Positions 60,111-64,000 of a stretch of DNA of 64,000 nucleotides are shown piece after piece (the stretch's first letter is position 1; each line of letters begins with the position of its first letter). The notes under the pieces were generated by a model, which made no database searches, was not told the origin of the DNA, and worked only from the letters and a program-made list of their open reading frames with translations. The stretch is from Leucoraja erinacea (lineage: Eukaryota). The position numbers and the translations under genes are program-made. The stretch lies in assembly GCF_028641065.1 (NCBI RefSeq), contig NC_073403.1, forward strand, positions 434,001 to 498,000, in the 5' to 3' direction.

Positions 60111-61077
60111 GGGGGGGGGAGGGGGGGCAGCGATTCACAGTTGGTTTCTGTACAATCCAGCACTTTCATCTTGAGTGGTAGATCATTAATGTGACAAGTG
60201 TGGAATCTCAGTGTAATAGAATAAACAGTGGCTGTAACGTAGACTGGCCCTTCCTCTGAATAGACAGTGACTGCTTGTAGTAATCCCCACACACACTGCT
60301 GGCTGGGACTGGCATTTATTCAGGGTTCAGGGTGCTGGCGGGTTCAGATAGCTACAGGGGCTGCAGTGGGCGGGGTGGGGGGGTGGGTGGGGGGGGGGTG
60401 GGAGGGGGTGTAACTGGGGTGTGCTGTGCTCTGGCTGGTGTTCTGGGCAGAGTGTCAGTGTGGGCTCACTGCCTGTAGAGTGTTGGACAGAGTGCTGGTC
60501 AGTGTCTTGTGCCCTGGATTACAGCTCTGTGGACGGGTATATCCCTTCCTGTCGTGCCTCATTCCCCTCCACGGATGGTGACAGGTTGCTAGTTTTTGGG
60601 TATAAATACCCTGCACCTGCTGCTGTGTCTCAACATACTGTCTCTGTCCCACACATCCTTCCCCCCTCTCACCACCCACCTCCCTGATTGCTCTGTCTCT
60701 CACCATTCTAACAGCTCATGTACAGACCTTGCCAGCTGCCAGCCTCCCACCTCCCCTAGCCACTGGGTGAGGAAGGGCCAGTGCTGTCCCGGTGTGGAGG
60801 CCCCCTGGCTGGGACTGGGTCAGGCCCACTCTCTCCATTATCAGGATGTAAGTGATAGCCATGAGTGGGTGCCAGGTATCGATGACCGTGCAGCGGAAGG
60901 AAACTCAGTGACGCTGCTTTCTCTTATTTTATCATGTTCAGGAAATGCTTGTGCAGTTAATGCGCTGGTGACCAGAGTGCTGGCTCCTGTCCTGCGCTGC
61001 CCCGGTCAGTGGCTGGCCAGCGGCTGCAGTGGAGAAGTGTCTCAACGTACGTTCACCCTGGCTCTGCAGGCTCGGTG

Positions 61078-61174
61078 ATGGTGGCTCTGGTGCTGACTCC
61101 CTGGGCTGGTGTTGCCCCACTCTTGCTGCTGCTGTACGGAGCCCTGGGCCGAGACCCGCTCCCCACCCCACAAG
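61078..61174 (+). CDS. ERBB2: ERBB2 first coding exon (signal peptide)
   Basis: MVALVLTPWAGVAPLLLLLYGALGRDPLPTPQ(V); donor G/GTAAGT, phase 1 as in the ErbB family; joins the next exon to give QVCPGT. Confidence 0.75.
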
Positions 61175-61690
61175 GTAAGTGTCACCAGGATTCTGCTGGC
61201 CTGCACAGGCTGGGAGCTGTAGAACAAACTTACCCCAAATGGGAGGTTTCACAGACACCGCGGGATATCCACCACGTCAGGCAGCATCTGTGCAGCAAGC
61301 AAACATCCTTCACCAGCACAGGTATAGTCAGCACACCTGAAGACTTCTCCGGGCTCTGAAACACCTGTCACTACCAGCCCTATACCTGTGGGGGTGTGGG
61401 GGATATCAGCTGGGTGCAGTGAGAGTGTTCCAACAGGGAGAGTACAGAGGTACAGAGTACATGTTAGAGTCACAGTGGAAGGAGAACAGGTATGCGGTGT
61501 ATCAGTGTATGGTGGGGTATAACACAGACAGTGTGGGGTATACCAGAGGGTACCGTGGGCTGTGGAGATAACACAGATGCAGAGAGGGCTGGGGGTGTAC
61601 TACCAGAGTGGGCTGGGAGTGCATTCATTATGAGCCCTGGAACAGTGAGCACTGCGATGCCTCATCCACATCTCCTGCTGTTCCTTGCAG

Positions 61691-61842
61691 TATGTCCAGG
61701 GACCGACATGAAGCTCAAACTCGCCTTCAGTTTGGAAAACCATTACCACACTCTGCGCAAGCTGTACGAGAATTGCCGCGAGGTGCAGGGCAACCTGGAG
61801 ATCACACACCTGAAAGGGAACCTTGACCTTACCTTCCTGAAG
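61691..61842 (+). CDS. ERBB2: ERBB2 exon 2 (receptor L domain I)
   Basis: 152 nt; [36 protein letters not shown]; GTDMKL is ERBB2-typical; synteny with PGAP3. Confidence 0.95.
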
Positions 61843-62511
61843 GTAACTGGAACCTGCAACAACACACCTTCCCCCTCACCCCTCTCCTCCCCCCCACTAT
61901 CCCCTCTCTCCCCTGCCCCCCCCCTATCCCTTCTCTCCCCCCCCTCCCCCCCACTACCCCCCTCCCCCCCTACCCTCTCTCCCCCTACCCATCCCCCACA
62001 TTCCTCGCTCTCCCTTCTCCTCCCCCCCACTATCCCCTCTCCCCTCCCCTACCTCCACACTATCCTCCTCTCTCCCCCCCTCCCCTCCCCCACACTCCTC
62101 CTCTCCCCACCCCTCCCCCACCTCTCCCTCTCTCCCCCCCCCTCCCCCACTATCCCTTCTCTCCCCTATCCTCCCCCACACTATCCCCTCTCCCCTCCCC
62201 TCCCCCCACTATCCCCTCTCTCCCCTACCCTCTCCCCACCCCCCGCTCTCTCCTACCCCTCCCCTATCTCCCCTACCCCCCTCACCCCCTCTCCCCCTCC
62301 CTCCCCCCCTACCCTCCCCTCTCCCCACCCCACCCCTCCCCCTCCCCACCGCCACCCCCCCTCTTCCCACCCCCCTCACCCCCTGCCCCTCTCTCTCTGC
62401 TCCTCATCCACCCTCTCCAGACTCCCCACTTTGAGCTTGCTGTTTCAGTGTATTTTTAGACCTGTTCCCACTCTGAAATTCATGGATCCTGTTGATGTTT
62501 TTGTTGCTCAG

Positions 62512-62695
62512 AATATTCAGGAGGTGCAAGGCTATGTTCTTCTTGCTCACAACGAGGTTGACTACATTCCACTGGAGAATCTGCGCATCATTCGGGGAAG
62601 CCAGCTGTACGAGGGCCGCTATGCACTGGCCGTCATCTCCAACCTCAACTCTAGCACCACTGGCCTCCGGGAGCTACGGCTCAGGAGCCTGACAG
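62512..62695 (+). CDS. ERBB2: ERBB2 exon 3; gene continues beyond the window
   Basis: 184 nt; [55 protein letters not shown]. Confidence 0.95.
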
Positions 62696-64000
62696 GTCCG
62701 TCTCTCCCACTGCTTCGAACAATCTCTTTCCATCAGACCTTTCTGAACACTCTCCTATCTCTGTTTGGGGAATCCTCCAACCTTAGTTTAATTTACTGTA
62801 CCGTGTACTGAGCTGCAATGAAAAGCTTTTGCTGTGTGCTATCCAGTCAGCTAAAAGATAATACATGATTACAATCAAGCCTATCGAATCAACAATCCCC
62901 TCTTCTGGGCATTTGAGGAATTCTTCTGTATCAATTTAAAAGGTACAACATTCAGAAGGGTATAGACAATAGGAGCAGGAGTAGGCCCTTCGAGCCAGCA
63001 TCGCCATTAAATGTGATCATGGCTGATCATCCCCAATTAGTACCCCGTTCCTGCCTTTCTCCCCATATCCCCTGACTCTGCTATTTTTAAAAGCCCTATC
63101 TAGCTCTCTCTTGAAAGCATCCAGAGAACCTGCCTCCACCGCCCTCTGAGGCAGAGAATTCCAGAGTATGGTCGGAGTTTTCTGAGCGGGGGTTGTTTTA
63201 GAGAGTCAGATCCTGGATTCAGGCCACTGTTTATCCCGGCACTTTGCAGAGCGATCTCGTACTCCCACTCCTGCTCTTTCCCACAACAACACCAATTATT
63301 AATGCTTGTGTTTGTCTGAGTTTCTCTTAAAGGCATTGAATGCCTCTTGTTTCCAAAATGTGAAACAGACTAAGATTCCAGGTCATGGCCAGTTTGCATA
63401 AAATAAAACAAGGTTTTCTTGCCCGAAACGTTTGGTCATCAATTTAAATCTATGTCCCTGGTTCCTTGACCCGTCTGCTAATTGGAACAGCCTCTAATAA
63501 TTGTTCTTGCATTCTTTTCGGCTTCACAATGCCCAATGTGGCCTTCCCCTATGTAGGTTCAGCATAACCTCTCTGCTCTTGTTCTCTCTGTCTAGTATGA
63601 AGCTCAATATCGGCTGAGATTTGTCCTACCCAGATCCCCCTGTTCTTGAACATCCTTCTAATTAAACTTTCTGCAACTTCACCTTCCCTGCATTCAATGT
63701 AATTCCCACTGAAGCATTACGCTGTGATGTGTAATGTAGTGGTTGTTGCTGGGATGTGTCACTGATGACCACACTCCTGTCTGGAAGCACCTGCTAGCTT
63801 TGCCTTTCTACTTTCTCTCCTTCATTCCATTTCTAATTTAGGCTGGCAGTGGCCTTTGTATTTCTAGCCTTTTATGTAGAACCATGTCAACATCACGCTG
63901 TCCTTTATGTATTCAAGCTGCTTCAAGTTGCTGATGTTTCTAAACGTTGCGCCACGGCAGTTAAACCGATGAGCCTGTGGTGATGATGCATTTGTCACTG

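Noticed and set aside
61691-62695. EGFR, ERBB3 or ERBB4 identity
   Set aside because: [18 protein letters not shown] and LRSLT motifs plus adjacency to PGAP3/PNMT/TCAP/STARD3 indicate ERBB2.
61492-62811. 439-aa ORF as a single-exon protein
   Set aside because: Read-through of ERBB2 exons 2 and 3 across a stop-free C-rich intron with canonical splice sites.

Overview
Eukaryotic genomic DNA from a cartilaginous fish, most likely a skate or ray. This is inferred from HE1/V-SINE, CR1, Rex1/Babar and Penelope repeat families and from the divergence of the proteins. The window is the equivalent of the human 17q12 ERBB2 block: STARD3 (last two exons, +), TCAP/telethonin (2 exons, +), PNMT (3 exons, +), PGAP3 (8 exons, -) and the first three coding exons of ERBB2 (+). 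Between STARD3 and TCAP, where humans have no gene, lies a complete 5-exon, 229-aa melanoregulin (MREG)-family gene, probably a whole-genome-duplication ohnologue; it is the main finding. Other points of interest: a partial duplicate of PGAP3 exon 7 with 9 synonymous versus 1 non-synonymous change; many Penelope-derived minimal hammerhead-ribozyme motifs; an 850-bp DNA transposon with a 7-bp target duplication splitting a CR1; a full-length frameshifted Tc1; candidate leader exons from the PGAP3 CpG-island promoter towards ERBB2; and an ERBB2 domain I with EGFR-like length. The assembly has three N-gaps, very long G/C tracts and local indel errors. Most ORFs in the supplied track are low-complexity artefacts. 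Human reference sequences and exon sizes quoted below are recalled from memory, not looked up.
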